DNA of 64,000 nt from Stegostoma tigrinum (lineage: Eukaryota): the NCBI RefSeq assembly GCF_030684315.1, contig NC_081366.1:36370078-36434077 (forward strand), read 5' to 3'. Below the pieces are notes generated by a model that did no database searches, was not told where the DNA came from, and worked only from the letters and a program-made list of their open reading frames with translations. The stretch's first letter is position 1, and every line of letters begins with the position of its first letter. A program made the translations under genes and the position numbers. This document shows positions 1 through 11,839 of the stretch, one piece after another.

Positions 1-504
1 CCTTATTCCTTAGTAGAAGGCCCCTTATTTGTGCAAGGCTTTTCAAACCCACATTAGTGCATTCAAACTAAATTCTAAATTCTACCATGAACGAACAGTT
101 TTCTAAAGGACTTTTTAAAAAAACCCAAAAGATTAGAGCAGAGTACTTAAAAATATATAATACCAAACAGAGATAGCAATGCTTCATGAAGGGAGAATCA
201 CACCTGGCAAATGTACTAATATTATTTGATGCGATAACAAGTAGGCTAAAGCAGAGGGCTGTGGGTGAAGAGTATAGCTTGTACTCTGCATGAGGAACAG
301 ATTTTTCATATGCCAAGAGACCTTGGGGTAGTACTAGGACTGAGTGAATTTGAAGTGACAGGTCTGTCAGACTGGGCATGCAGCAGGTAGTTAGAAAACC
401 GAAAACAGCATGCCAATTGCAAGTCATGCTCAAGGATATCCAGATCCCTCTGTAGCACAGTATTTTGTCACCATTCTCCATTTAAGTGTCTTTTTTTTGG
501 TCCT

Positions 505-610
505 GTTCTGAAGGAGGGTCACTGGTCCTGAAACGCTAACTTTGCTTTCCCTCCACAGATATTGCTAAACTGGCTGAGTGCTTCCAGAAATTTCTGGTTT
601 TGTTTTCAAT
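505..610 (+). mobile_element. Short Penelope-like 3' tail (family C) with degenerate hammerhead motif
   Basis: gttCTGAAGGagggtcactggtcctGAAAcgcTAac, followed by a tail (ctccacagatattgct...tccagaaatttctg) shared with copies at 29920-30060 and 43130-43325. Confidence 0.6.
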
Positions 611-2049
611 TTCTAACGCCCACAATTTGTGTACGCGTTTTACTGTTCTTCCTGCCAAGAAGGCCGACAATCTCATTTCTAACGTTATACCCCATCCATC
701 AAAAATTCACTACTCCCTTCAAACTTCACATATCCTTTTGCAGACTTGAGCATCCTAACAAACTGGTTTCCTATTTATATTTTTACACAAGAATTTTGGC
801 TCAATCCAATCCACCACTTCAAGCCATTAACAGATCACTAATAGTTAAGGTCCCACTGATTTTCACTGGTTACAGTTTGCTGATCTGAAAATAACCCAAA
901 TTGCTTCCCGCTTCATTAAGTATTGAGCATACTCGAGCATTTTAATGCAAAAACTGCTCTTGATGTAGTGTCAGTGTCAGACTGCCATTCACAGTTCCAC
1001 TAGAAGCAGGGAGCAGCAGTCGAGAGGCATCCATGTCAATATTTAACTGCTGTCACCATATATTGATGTTTTATTTGTTATAGCAACCAGTTGCAATATT
1101 TTGGAAAAAAGTTATTTAAAACTGTTAAATGTAACCTTCTTACAAGTGACTGGGAGAATGTTGGTGAGGGAGGTGGAAGGAGGAGGAAAGAAGGGTAAAT
1201 TTTGCATAACAGATTTAGATTAGTAGCAAAGAAGGGCAGTTAGAAAGCTCGACTAGCGCATAAAACATCCGCACGGACCAGTTGGGCTGAATAACTGGTT
1301 TGCGTAACTATCGCCGATGTAATCTTTTGGTCTGTAAAAAGGGTGATCTAAATCCGTACAAAACTAATACAACCTCAGCACAGCAGAATTGGAATCGGAA
1401 GTAATCGTTATTAAACGATATTTAAGTCAATATACAGAGGAGATAAATATTTCCAAAATCAGACTCAATCCGCTTGTGGAAAGGTATTTCGAATCAGTTA
1501 TCGCGATTCCTTCTGATTAATGATATATACAAAAAAGTTACGCATTCTCTTCAAATCAAACTAGGCAGAGGGCGATTTATTAGGTATAGTGAAATACAAC
1601 GCGTCTCTTTCAGCGAACTGAGAAACTTAACACGCCAAAGTCCGGGCCAAGTGCCTGTAGCAAATTAAAGTAGAAATTTCCCTTTAAAAAATTAGGATCA
1701 GAATTTCAACTTTCATCCTTGGCAAGCTTGGCGTTTAAGTAATTTCACCAACAGCTTTGTGGCTTTCTGGAATGATCTACGAAATCCCGTTCCAAAAAAA
1801 AACATGCGTCAGGACGTTGACAAAAAGGGAAACCCGGTCCTACAACAACAGCACAATCTCTCCAGAGTATACCAGGAGCGAACAAGCCTGGTAAACAAAA
1901 AAATATGCCTGCCCATACATGCTGTGTCAGCGTTTGTCGAACGACTACATCAAGGTCCCTTTTTTTCGGTTAAAAAGTATTCTTAATTCGTTTCCTCCAG
2001 GTACGAACTACTAGTAAATAAAGGTAGTTGCTCTTAGTATTAAAAAAAC

Positions 2050-2700
2050 TGCGTTTAAAACCACGTCGTATAGGAACGCGGCGGGACTTGTACAACATAT
2101 TAAATTACTAATGGGGGAAGTAACGTTGTTATAAATTGGAAATCATAAACTGGCGCCCAAATCTAACAGCAACAACTATATTCAACAGTAACCTCCCCTC
2201 CTACTGTAACTGGCAGTCACTGCAGCGCATGCGCCGCTGTTGGCCCCTACAAACGGGCGCATACTCAGTGCAGTCCGGTGGCTGGGACTCAATTTGGCGG
2301 CTGCACGAACAAGTCCCGACACAGGCCGATCCCACACTTACCTGTCCGGGCCCAAACAACCGAGCTCGGTACAGACCAATCCGGAGTCGATTATTTTCTG
2401 CCGTCACGTCGGAAAACACCGCCTCAACCCGCTTCAAAACACCAGCTACAGTCTCGTGAATTCTCTCGTTCTCTTTTCTCTTCTTCTTTCGACTTTTTTT
2501 CCGCCCCCCCGATATATTTTCTTCGCTAATGCTCAGGCTTCTGCGTCACCAACCGAAACCGCTACCGGAAGGCGCGTCAGTAGACTGAAGTGACCAGCCA
2601 TTGGCTGGCAGGCTGTGCGATTACGTCATTGACAAACTAGCAGCTGCTGTCAGACAGGGCGTTGCCATGGAGCTTGGTTGGGAGTGGTAGTAAGTCAAAT
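2050..2700. promoter_or_regulatory. CpG-rich housekeeping-type promoter
   Basis: Local CpG enrichment against a CpG-poor background. Perfect NRF1 palindrome GCGCATGCGC at 2225-2234, ETS motif CCGGAAG near 2565, CRE-like TTACGTCA at 2621-2628, and RFX X-box-like GTTGCCATGG at 2661-2670. Confidence 0.75.
2342..2570 (-). other. Probable non-coding first exon of an unidentified - strand gene running off the left edge
   Basis: Consensus 5' splice donor CAG|GTAAGT on the - strand (plus-strand acttac|ctg, 2336-2344) inside the CpG island. The start position is approximate. Confidence 0.6.
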
Positions 2701-3065
2701 GATGTAGCAAGAAAAACATTTTTTAAACAAATAAAGCGCATTTAAGTATTTAAAATTACTGCATTTTCCATAAAATCAGGAGAGTTATGATGCAGCAGAT
2801 TAGAAATGAACATGCCGTTTGTACGTCTTCATTTTTACAAGGATATTAATACTGTAGGTGATTTAATGATTTATTAATTAATATGATTGAGTGTAGTAAT
2901 AAATGCTGCAAAGTAGACGCTAATGCTGCATACAAAATTGGCCCAGTAATGCCAGTGGTGGAATCTCTAACATGGCAATATTGCAGTCAAAGCTCCCCCT
3001 GTAATAGCTATGCAATGGGAACAGTCTCAAAAATGCTCCAAAACACATCAAGGCATTAAGTTTTA

Positions 3066-4020
3066 GGTTTCCAAACGACACCTCTGCCATCAGCAATCCA
3101 ACCCTACCACTGAAAACATTTTTCCCTCCCCACCCTTGTCTGCCTTCTGGAGGGACCACTCTCTCCGTGACTCCCTTGTCTGCTCCACACTCGCCTCCAA
3201 CCCTACCACACCAGGCACTTTCCCCTGCAACCGCAGCAATGGCAATACCTGCCCCCTACTTCCTCCCTCACCCCCATCCTAGGCACCAAGAAGACTTTCC
3301 ACATCAAGCAGATGTTCATCTGCCAATGTGGTATACTGCATCTGTTGTGGCCTCCTCTACGTTGGGGAAACCAAGCGGAGGCTTGGGAACCGCTTTGCAG
3401 AACACCTCTGCTCGGTTCGCAAAAACAACTGCACCTCCCAGTCGCAAACCAATTCAACTCCCCCTCCCATTCCTTAGACGACAAGTCCATCCTGGGCCTG
3501 CTGCAGTGCCCCCATGATGCCACCCGAAGGTTGCAGGAACAGCAGTTCATATTCTGCTTGGGAACCTTGCAGCCCAATGGTATCAATGTGGATTTCACAA
3601 GCTTCAAAATCTCCCCTCCCCCACTGCATCCCAAAACCAACTGTAGCTTGTCCCCGCCTCCCTAACCCATTCCTCCTCTCACCTATCCCCTCCTCCCACC
3701 TCAAGCCACACCCCCATTTCCTTCCTACTAACCTCATCCCGCCCCCTTGACCTGTCTGTCCTCCCTGGACTGACCTATCCCCTCCCTACCTCCCCACCTA
3801 CACTCACATATGCTGTCTCCATCCCTGCCTCTTTAACTTGTCTGTCTCCTCCCCAGCTACTCTATCCACCTTCGATCCACCTCCCCCTCTCTCCCTATTT
3901 ATTTCAGAACCCTCTCCCCCTCCCCCTTTTCTGATGAAGGGTCTAGAGCCAAAACATCAGCTTTTGTGCTTTTAAGATGCTGCTTGGCCTGCTGTGTTCA
4001 TCCAGCTCTGCACTTTGTTA
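3066..4020 (+). mobile_element. Penelope-like element (Neptune-type, family A), 5'-truncated: GIY-YIG remnant plus 3' tail
   Basis: Frameshifted match to the GIY-YIG ORF at 23655-24137 (…CLGTLQPNGINVDF). C-rich tail; hammerhead CTGATGA at 3931 with GAAA mutated. Flanks tcaaggcattaagt (3048-3061) and tcaagcaattaagt (4021-4034) look like a TSD. Confidence 0.85.
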
Positions 4021-5259
4021 TCAAGCAATTAAGTGTTTTACCCAAATGGCAACACTTTATTGTGAGGCTGTAAAAACAATGGGCTATTTGACAGAAGTGA
4101 CGTGTTCTCTTTTTGATTTGGAATGACAGTACAGTTCATGTACAAGAGTGCAAGAAACCTGGTCAACATAAACTCGCTAATTGCACCAACATCACTACCT
4201 GGCTAAGTTCAGGAAGGACCAAAAGTCTTGTAATATGTTCACATGTTTCAGCACTTAGCGACTTCATATACTCACTTCTTTGATTATCTGTGTTCATATT
4301 GAAGGTGGGTCCTTGATTAGTTGTTGGATGGTGGAAGATCCTGAACCATTTTTACAGCAGTTTTTGGCAATTGCAGTTTTCCAATGTCTTTCCACTTTCA
4401 GGTACAGATTGAGGGCCACTGCCAGAATGAGAATACAACCCATGCATTTGGCACTAATGTGCACCACATGCTAGCCATGTAACCAACTGAACTAGCAACC
4501 TCAATTGCACTGACTCACTGAACTATCAGTGTAAGAACCTCCATGCTTGATAATCAGATAGATCACGGAATCTATGATCAGGAAAAAGATCATAGAAGGA
4601 CTTGCTTTCACAGAAATCAAATATCTGTGTTAATAGGAAGGTAGAACACTAACAATGATTTTTAAACTTGACAAATTGCAAAATAGTGGGTGTAAATGTT
4701 TAGTTAAGATTGAAGAATCAATGCTGAGGGATCTCCTCTATGCTGGAAATCTGTCTATGATCCTCAATAGTTCTCTGTAAAGGGAAGCTGCCGCTGACTA
4801 ATGGAAAGGAGGTCAAAGCCAATGGAATGACTGAAGACCAATCTTAGGAGGTGGTGTGATACAGTCAGATAAGGAAATTTAATTTTCGCTACCTTGGGAA
4901 AAGAAATCAAATGAAGGAAAATACCAGAAAACTGCATTAAACTGCATATGATGAACCTACAACTACTAATGCTATGTATATTATACAACAACTACCTCAA
5001 CTTGATTACTAAGTACGGATCATTTGGGGTTGAAATAGGCATAAAGTTGCCCCGAGAAACTTTCTCATTCTGTCATCATGTTGTTACTGGGAGCTCCTTG
5101 TCATGACTGACCATTTATGGAGCATATTCTTCCCTTTTGTTTTCTCCCCTTAACCCTTACTTTTATCGCTCATTCTATATTTTTGAAACAGAACAGGCCA
5201 TATTGGACTTAGTATTGTATAATGTTCCACAATTAATTAATCACCTCAGAGTAAAGGCA

Positions 5260-6960
5260 TTTCTAGGTTACAGCAATCATAAAAGGATTGGATTTTGCAT
5301 CCTGTTGGAAAAAGATGAGAATGTTTTAATCTCAATGAGGGCAACTGTGGACATGACAACTGAGTTGGCTGAAATGTACTTGTTTATTAGGAGAAGAGTA
5401 GCAGTGGAAGACATTTAAATGGATATTTCAGAATATTGTTACAGCTCAAATGAGAAGAGTGTACTGGTAATCAAGGTTCACTACTCCATGAGCTATACCA
5501 AAAAGTTCAATTTATTCCTCTTTATCACTGTTGTCTAGAACAAAGACTCTCACAAGATTTATTCGACAAACTCAAAAAATTACTTGTTTGTTAAGAACTT
5601 GTTTATTTATTCCTTAAACAAATAGAAAAATGGGCTGTTAACTAAGCTACTATGGAGACCCAAACTATATCTCCTTAGTCCCACACATACATTCATACAC
5701 AGAGACAAGACAGCGTAGATATTATTGATTTTTAAAAATAGGCAAAAAACATACCCCTATAGGTCAAGGGTCCACATTCAGAAAATATAATCACTTGATT
5801 TCTCACAGTTTCTTTGCTATCCTGTTGATGAGGTCCAATTGCTGACAGTCGCAGAATGATGGAAAATCTTCAGACCAGATCGTAGATTTTGTTGAGAAAG
5901 AGTTAAGTGTCCTTGTAATTGAAACTTTATCAAGTTTTTCAAACTACATCAGAGAAAAAATAGAGCTTCTTACCTGGTTTTACTTTGAAGATTTTTCTTT
6001 TAAAGGGACAGAGATAGCTCTGCCTTCTTGCAAGCCTGTCTACCAGTGTCACGCCTAAGTATAAACTGAAAAAGTAGCTTTCATTCAAATGCTGTTGCTG
6101 GACAGCCTTCAGCACAGATACAAATTTATTTATCCAATAATTAAGCGACAAAAATCCATCCCTTTTCTGAAAATTTTTGTTGACACTTTTTTCCACAGTC
6201 AGCTGATTTTGTCAGACAGTAGGTATACCACCCTCTCTTTGCACTTTTAACTTTTCATTTCCAATAAATCAATGATAAATCCCTCAAACCAGTAATATCC
6301 AAACAGTTCAATATTACAGTTTCTCATAGAAATTCATAAATATTTACTGACAGACAATGTACAGAATTGTTACATTACTATCTTAGAGGAAAACCCCCAG
6401 GGAAGACCTGCCATCCATGGTTAACTAAAGAAGCTAAGGAAAGCATCAAGCTTAAGAAAAAAGTACATAGTTGTGCAAATGTAAATAGTACTTCAGATGA
6501 TTTGTCATATTACTAAGGACAGAAAGTTACTTAAAGATTGATCAGGACAAATAACTTAAAATGTGAGAGGGAGCTAGCGAGCTATGTAAAAACAGATGGC
6601 AATAGTTTCTATAGAAAATTCAAAAGGAAAAGATAAAGAAAGGGAATGTTGGTCTTTTGGAGGGCGAGAATGGGGAGATAAATGATAAAGATGGCAGATG
6701 TAAATAATTAATATTTTGCTTCTGTCTTCATTATAGCAAATAAAAAAGATTTGATAATCGAGTTGGAAAAAGAGAGGTACTTGGCATAATTATAATCAAG
6801 AAGGAAGTGGTACTGAACAAACTGATGGCCCTGCAGGTTGATAAGTCCCCATGTCCTGAAAAAAAGACTTTGATTTAAACAGAGAATAACTGCAGAATTC
6901 CAAAATGTAGTCGGATCTAGGTGTTCTCGTGCATGACTCATAAAAGTATGCAGATACAAT
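5260..6960 (+). mobile_element. Decayed CR1 LINE ORF2 fragments interrupted by an unclassified ~0.9 kb insert (about 5437-6375)
   Basis: CR1-like stretches (ccatggttaactaaagaag; gataagtccccatgtcctga) lie either side of an AT-rich insert bounded by tgttaca at both ends. Confidence 0.5.
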
Positions 6961-7399
6961 AATATATTAAGAACATGTCACTGTCTGTCATTTCCAGAAA
7001 TTCTGACAAGATCCCAGCACCAAGTAAATCTTATCCTATCTTTTGGTTTTCTGATGGAATGATTCTCTCTAATTCTTCCATTATCCAAGCAATTTTTTCT
7101 CTTCCTTTGCCAGCTTGCTGCGCAAATACAGATGTAACACTGGCTCATTCATTTCCTACTGCACTCTGTCTGTGATGCCAAGCATTCCTAACTGAGAGAG
7201 CAGTTGAAGAGTATTGTCTATACTTCTCATGATCTTATCTACAACAGCAAGTTAAAAAAAAATTATTCCTTTAAAAAAATGAAATGTCAAAAATGAAATT
7301 TTGAGCTAAACTTTTAATGGGGGATTGGAAACTGGGACTTAGGACATGTTGTAGGTCTGAACTTCTATATGGCCTAGTAGTAAATATAACCACCATTTC

Positions 7400-9735
7400 A
7401 CTTAGAAGCATTGGAAAAGGAATTTGCTGAGACATATAATGGGGAACAAGGAAATGGCAGAGGAGTGAAACAGATGTTTTACATCAATCTTTCTGGTGGA
7501 AGATACTTTGTCAATCCCATTAATACCAAAGAATACATGGGAGGAATTAAGTACCCTCACCACCACTAGAGAAGTAGTATTAGACAAACCAATGGAGCCA
7601 AAGGCAGACAAATCCTCTGACGTTGACGGATCCTGAGAGAAGTAGCTGCAGAGATAGTGATGCATTGGTTGTAATTTTCCAAAAATCCTTTAACTCTGAA
7701 GGATTTTTGGAGGATTAGAAAACTGATAACATGACACCTCTATGGAAAGAGGGAGAGAAGCAAAAAGCTGGTGCCTATAGGGCGATGAACCAAAAACATC
7801 TGTTGTTGAAAAAATGTTGGAATCAATCGCTAGGGAAGTATTAGCAGCATGTTTGGCAAGTTATCATAATCTAATCAAGCAGAGTCAGAATGGCTTCGTG
7901 AAAGAGAAATCATGTCAAATTATCCCATTAACATCTCATGTGAATTTCTCGAACAAATGCAGAAATTAATTTGACATGATTTGGGATAATATCCCATTAA
8001 CTGTTATGCTCCTTATCTTCTTACACAGGAGTATGTTGAAACTGTCTTAAACTTCCTGCCCAAATAGGATTGGGTGGGAAATGTTTGTCAAGGTGTGAGA
8101 CTACTGTAATTCTGTAAAGGGGTGAAACTTTGGTAAAGGTATGAAACTCATGTTTCTATTGAAGTGGCCAGGTCAGTGACCTTTGTTCAAGCCAGACACT
8201 TTGGCGGCTTTAAATCACATTCTGTCACTTTGGCGACTTGAAATCACATCCTGTGTTATCAGTCACTTCACGAACGATCAATGCTGTATCCTGTTCTCTT
8301 TATGTTCCAAATAATTGTTTTATGTATCAGCCAATTCATAGAGTATAGATAGCGGGGACTGTCTGCTGTTCGGGGAGAATCACTTATGAAACTCAGCACT
8401 CTGAGCCGGGTTGAGTACAGCGATCCTCCACAGCTTGTACTTGCTTAATAATAAAGGATTGTGTTTTTGTAGCTAGGTCAGTGTCTTGCTAATGCATCAA
8501 GTCCATGAGGGTCTCCGAAAAAAACGAACCTAACACTCAACCACAATTGATAGCAGTAAACCAGTAGATGTTTTGTATTTGGACTTTCAGAACGCATTCA
8601 AAAAAGTACCTCACAAAAGGATAGGTCAGAAGATAAGAGCCCATGTGTTGGAGGTGGTATATTGACATAATTGGAGAATTGACTATAGGTCAGAAAACAG
8701 TGACTGGAGATAAGGGTTTTTTTTTCAGTTTGGTGACCTGTAACCAGTGAGATTCCTCAGAGGTCAGTGCTGGCACCACCAGTGTTTACAATATATTATC
8801 AATGACTTGAAGGAGGGAAACAAATGTACTCTCACCAAATTTGCAGATTACACAAAATAGGTGGAAAGGCAAATTGCGAAAGGGATACAGACCATTTATA
8901 GAGAGACATTAATAGGTTAAGTAAGTTGGCAAAATGTTGGCAAATGAAGTATAATGTGGGAAAGTGTGAAGTTGTTCGTTTTGCACGTGAAAATGAAAGA
9001 ACGGTGTTATTTAAGTGGAGGAAAACTGCAGAAAGCTATAACACAAAGGGACTTGAGAGTACTTGTGCACGTAACATAGAAAGCTAGCACACAGCTGCAG
9101 CAGATAATCAGGAAGGTTAATGGAATGTTCACCCTTATTTCGAGTGTTTGGAGTATAAGAGTAGGAAAGCCGTACTGCAACTGTACAAGGTGCTGATGAG
9201 ACCACATTTGGAGTATTGTGTGCAGTTTTAGACCCTCATTTAAGGAAACATATTATTTCATTGGAAGCAGTTCAGAGAATGTTCACAAGGATGATCCCTA
9301 GTATGGAGGGATTGTCTTATAAGAAAATGGTGAACAGATTGGGACTCTGTACACTGGAGTTTAGAAAAATGAGATGTGATGTCTTTGAAACATATCGGAT
9401 TTTTAGTGGGCTTAATGGGGCAAATGCTGAGGGGATGTTTCTGCTCATACGATATTCTAGGAGCAGAGGACATAGTCTCAGATTAAAGGGGTATCGATTT
9501 CAGACTGAGATGAGGAAGAATTACTTTTCTCAGATTCTTGTGAGTCTTTTGCACTCCAGCCACAGAAAGTCATGGGGAAAGAATCTGTGTGTATATTTAT
9601 GGCTGAGTTAGATTCTTCATCACTAGAAGAATTTGGGTAACAGGGAAAGGGCAGGAAGGTGGATAAGAAGAATTTTGGATCAGCCATGATCCTCTTGAAG
9701 GCAAGGAGGCTCAAAAGGTCGAATAGTCTACTTAT
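7400..9735 (+). mobile_element. CR1-clade LINE ORF2 (RT) and 3' end, decayed
   Basis: Recognisable RT motifs: VDVLYLDFQ (8565-8590), PQRSVLAP (GVPQGSVLGP-like), KFAD, LMRPHLEYCVQF, and ORF 9216-9611 LEAVQRMFTRMIP…RGHSLRL. Confidence 0.9.
7913..8535 (+). mobile_element. Probable solo LTR inserted in CR1
   Basis: Begins TG, ends CA and interrupts CR1 RT sequence. AATAAA near 8450. Internal ~29-bp tandem duplicate (cactttggcg…aaatcacat.ctgt) near 8197-8254. Confidence 0.6.
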
Positions 9736-9745
9736 GTTACTCTTG

Positions 9746-10338
9746 AAGTTGTTGACTTACTGACCGAACTGGCTGGTTATAGTTCAGACATGTTGTTACC
9801 ATGCTAGGTAATGTCATCAGTGCAGCCTCCAAAGAAACAATGTTGTTCTACTGCACTTGGTATTTACATGATCTGGTCTGTTGAGGTGTTTTGAGCCATT
9901 TTGGGTTTTTTTTTGCAAGGGTTTGTATATGGAGTCTAATTCCACATATTTATTGATTGCATTTACGGGTGGAGAACCAGGCCTCTAGGATTTCCCGTGC
10001 ATTTCTATGGTTGGCTTCCATCTTAGTTCAAGCCAACTATAGATATGCACAGGAATTCCTAGAGGCCTGGTTCTCCACCCATAATACAATCAATAAAATT
10101 GTGGAATTAGACGCCATATACAAACCCTTGCAAAAAAAGAACTGGAAATGACACCAAATACTTCAACAGACCGGATCATGTAAATACTTAGTGGAGTAGA
10201 ACAATTTAGCTTCATCGGAGGCTGCACTGATGATGTTACCTAGCATGGTGATGAAACATCTGAACTATAACCAGGAGCTCAGCGAGCAAGTCAACAATCT
10301 AACCCACAACCCAAGCTACAAATCCTTGCAAGAACCTT
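9746..10338. mobile_element. Fold-back (inverted) Penelope-like element, family B (Poseidon/Penelope-type)
   Basis: About 270-bp arms in inverted orientation around about 10025. The right arm encodes the endonuclease C-terminus (QEFLEAWFSTHNTINK) and a hammerhead core at 10227-10260. Confidence 0.8.
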
Positions 10339-10989
10339 ATGGTCCACTTCGTTATGGTCATAAAGTGAGGCTACAAACAGCAAGCGATGAGGGTAAGTGA
10401 GTTCATTTATAGTTTAGAATGCCTTGGCTGTCTAACCATGGTTCTGGAGAGACAACTATCCAACCACCAACTACCCCTTCCCATACCTGCTTCTCCCCAA
10501 CTCTCCTTCACCTCCACCCTACCTCTGTGGTCAAAAAAACGCAACAATCCTTGGTAATGAAACAGTTATTTTTCATCGCAGTCCACAATTAAAAATACAG
10601 AAAAATAAAAAAATGCTGTCTTTACTGCAGGAATATTGCCTTAATGAGACTCTTAATTAAGTGTAAGAACTCTACACCGGCTATCTGCCACTTGCCAGGT
10701 GGCAGCCTTTCTGACTTCAGGCTGGCCTCTAAAAGTTTGGAGTAGAAATCCTAGTTGTGAGTTTGGCGCTGAGGCCAGTAAAACCAAATTACGGCTAACC
10801 CCCTCCAATCTAGGCCCTGGCTTACTTTAAAAATAAACTCCATGAGTCCCACATCCCTTGCCACTTCAACTCTGCATCACATTTGTGATCTGTTTTTATT
10901 TTGCCTGTTTTGCTCCTGACACTGGTTCAATAAAGCAAGTAGCACTGTTTATTTCACTTGGGCTCTCTGGCCTTAGTAGTTATTTTAAT

Positions 10990-11839
10990 GCTGTGGTTGG
11001 TTGGCTTGCCAAGCTGGTTTGTTAGTTTGCAGAAGTTTCATTACCCTGCTGGGTAACATAATCAGTGCAGCTTCCAATGAAGCGCTGTTGTGCTTTCCCC
11101 CCGGTATTTAAACTCTGGGATCCGTTGGATTTGATTACCTAATTTCCGGTTTTTCCTTTGCAGTGTACGTATATCGGGTCTAGTTCTATGTGTTTGTTGA
11201 TGGCTTTCTTGGTGGAGAACCAGGCCTCTAGTAATTCCCGTGCTTGTCTCTATTTGGACTGTCCTAGGATCCTGGTGTTGTCCCAATCGAACTGGTGGCT
11301 CTCCATATCCGTGTGAATGGAAATGAGTGAGAATTGATTGTGCCTTTTTGTTGCTAGTTGGTGTTCACGTACTCTTGTGGCCAGTTTTCTTCCTTCTGTA
11401 TAGATCTATACAGACAGGAAGAAAACTGGCCACAAGAGTACGTGAACACCAACTAGCAACAAAAAGGCACAATCAATTCTCACTCATTTCCATTCACACA
11501 GATCGACTGGGGCAACACCAGAAACACCAGAATCCTAGGACAGGCCAGTCAGAGACAAGCATGGGAATTATGAGAGGCCTGTTTTTCCACCAAGAAGGCC
11601 ATCAACAAACACATTTAACTCGACCTTATAGATACACCACTGCAAAGGAAAACCGGAAATTAGGTAATCAAATCCAATGGACCCCAGAGTTTAAATACCA
11701 GGAAAGCAAACACAACAGTGCTTCATTGGAGGCTGCACTGATTATGTTATCCAGCAGGGAAATGAAACTTCTGCCAACTAACAAAGCAACTTGGCGAACG
11801 AACCATCCACAGCCCGAGCTACAAATCTATCAAGAACCT
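10990..11839. mobile_element. Fold-back Penelope-like element, family B; spacer-less palindrome
   Basis: Arms meet at ctgtataga|tctatacag (11404/11405). The right arm encodes a GIY-YIG remnant (IQTGRKLATRVREHQLA). TSD-like flanks tagttattttaat (10977-10989) and tagttactttaat (11840-11852). Confidence 0.85.

Noticed and set aside
2151-2160. TGGCGCCCAA resembling a tRNA-Lys primer binding site
   Set aside because: Only 10 nt match and there is no adjacent LTR.
2136-2593. Overlapping ORFs of 78-117 aa in the CpG island
   Set aside because: They are by-products of GC-rich promoter sequence, several have non-ATG starts, and no domain is recognisable.
6975-7245. - strand acceptor-like site followed by protein-looking frames
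   Set aside because: All frames contain stops and there is no donor or recognisable domain, so it is too weak to call.
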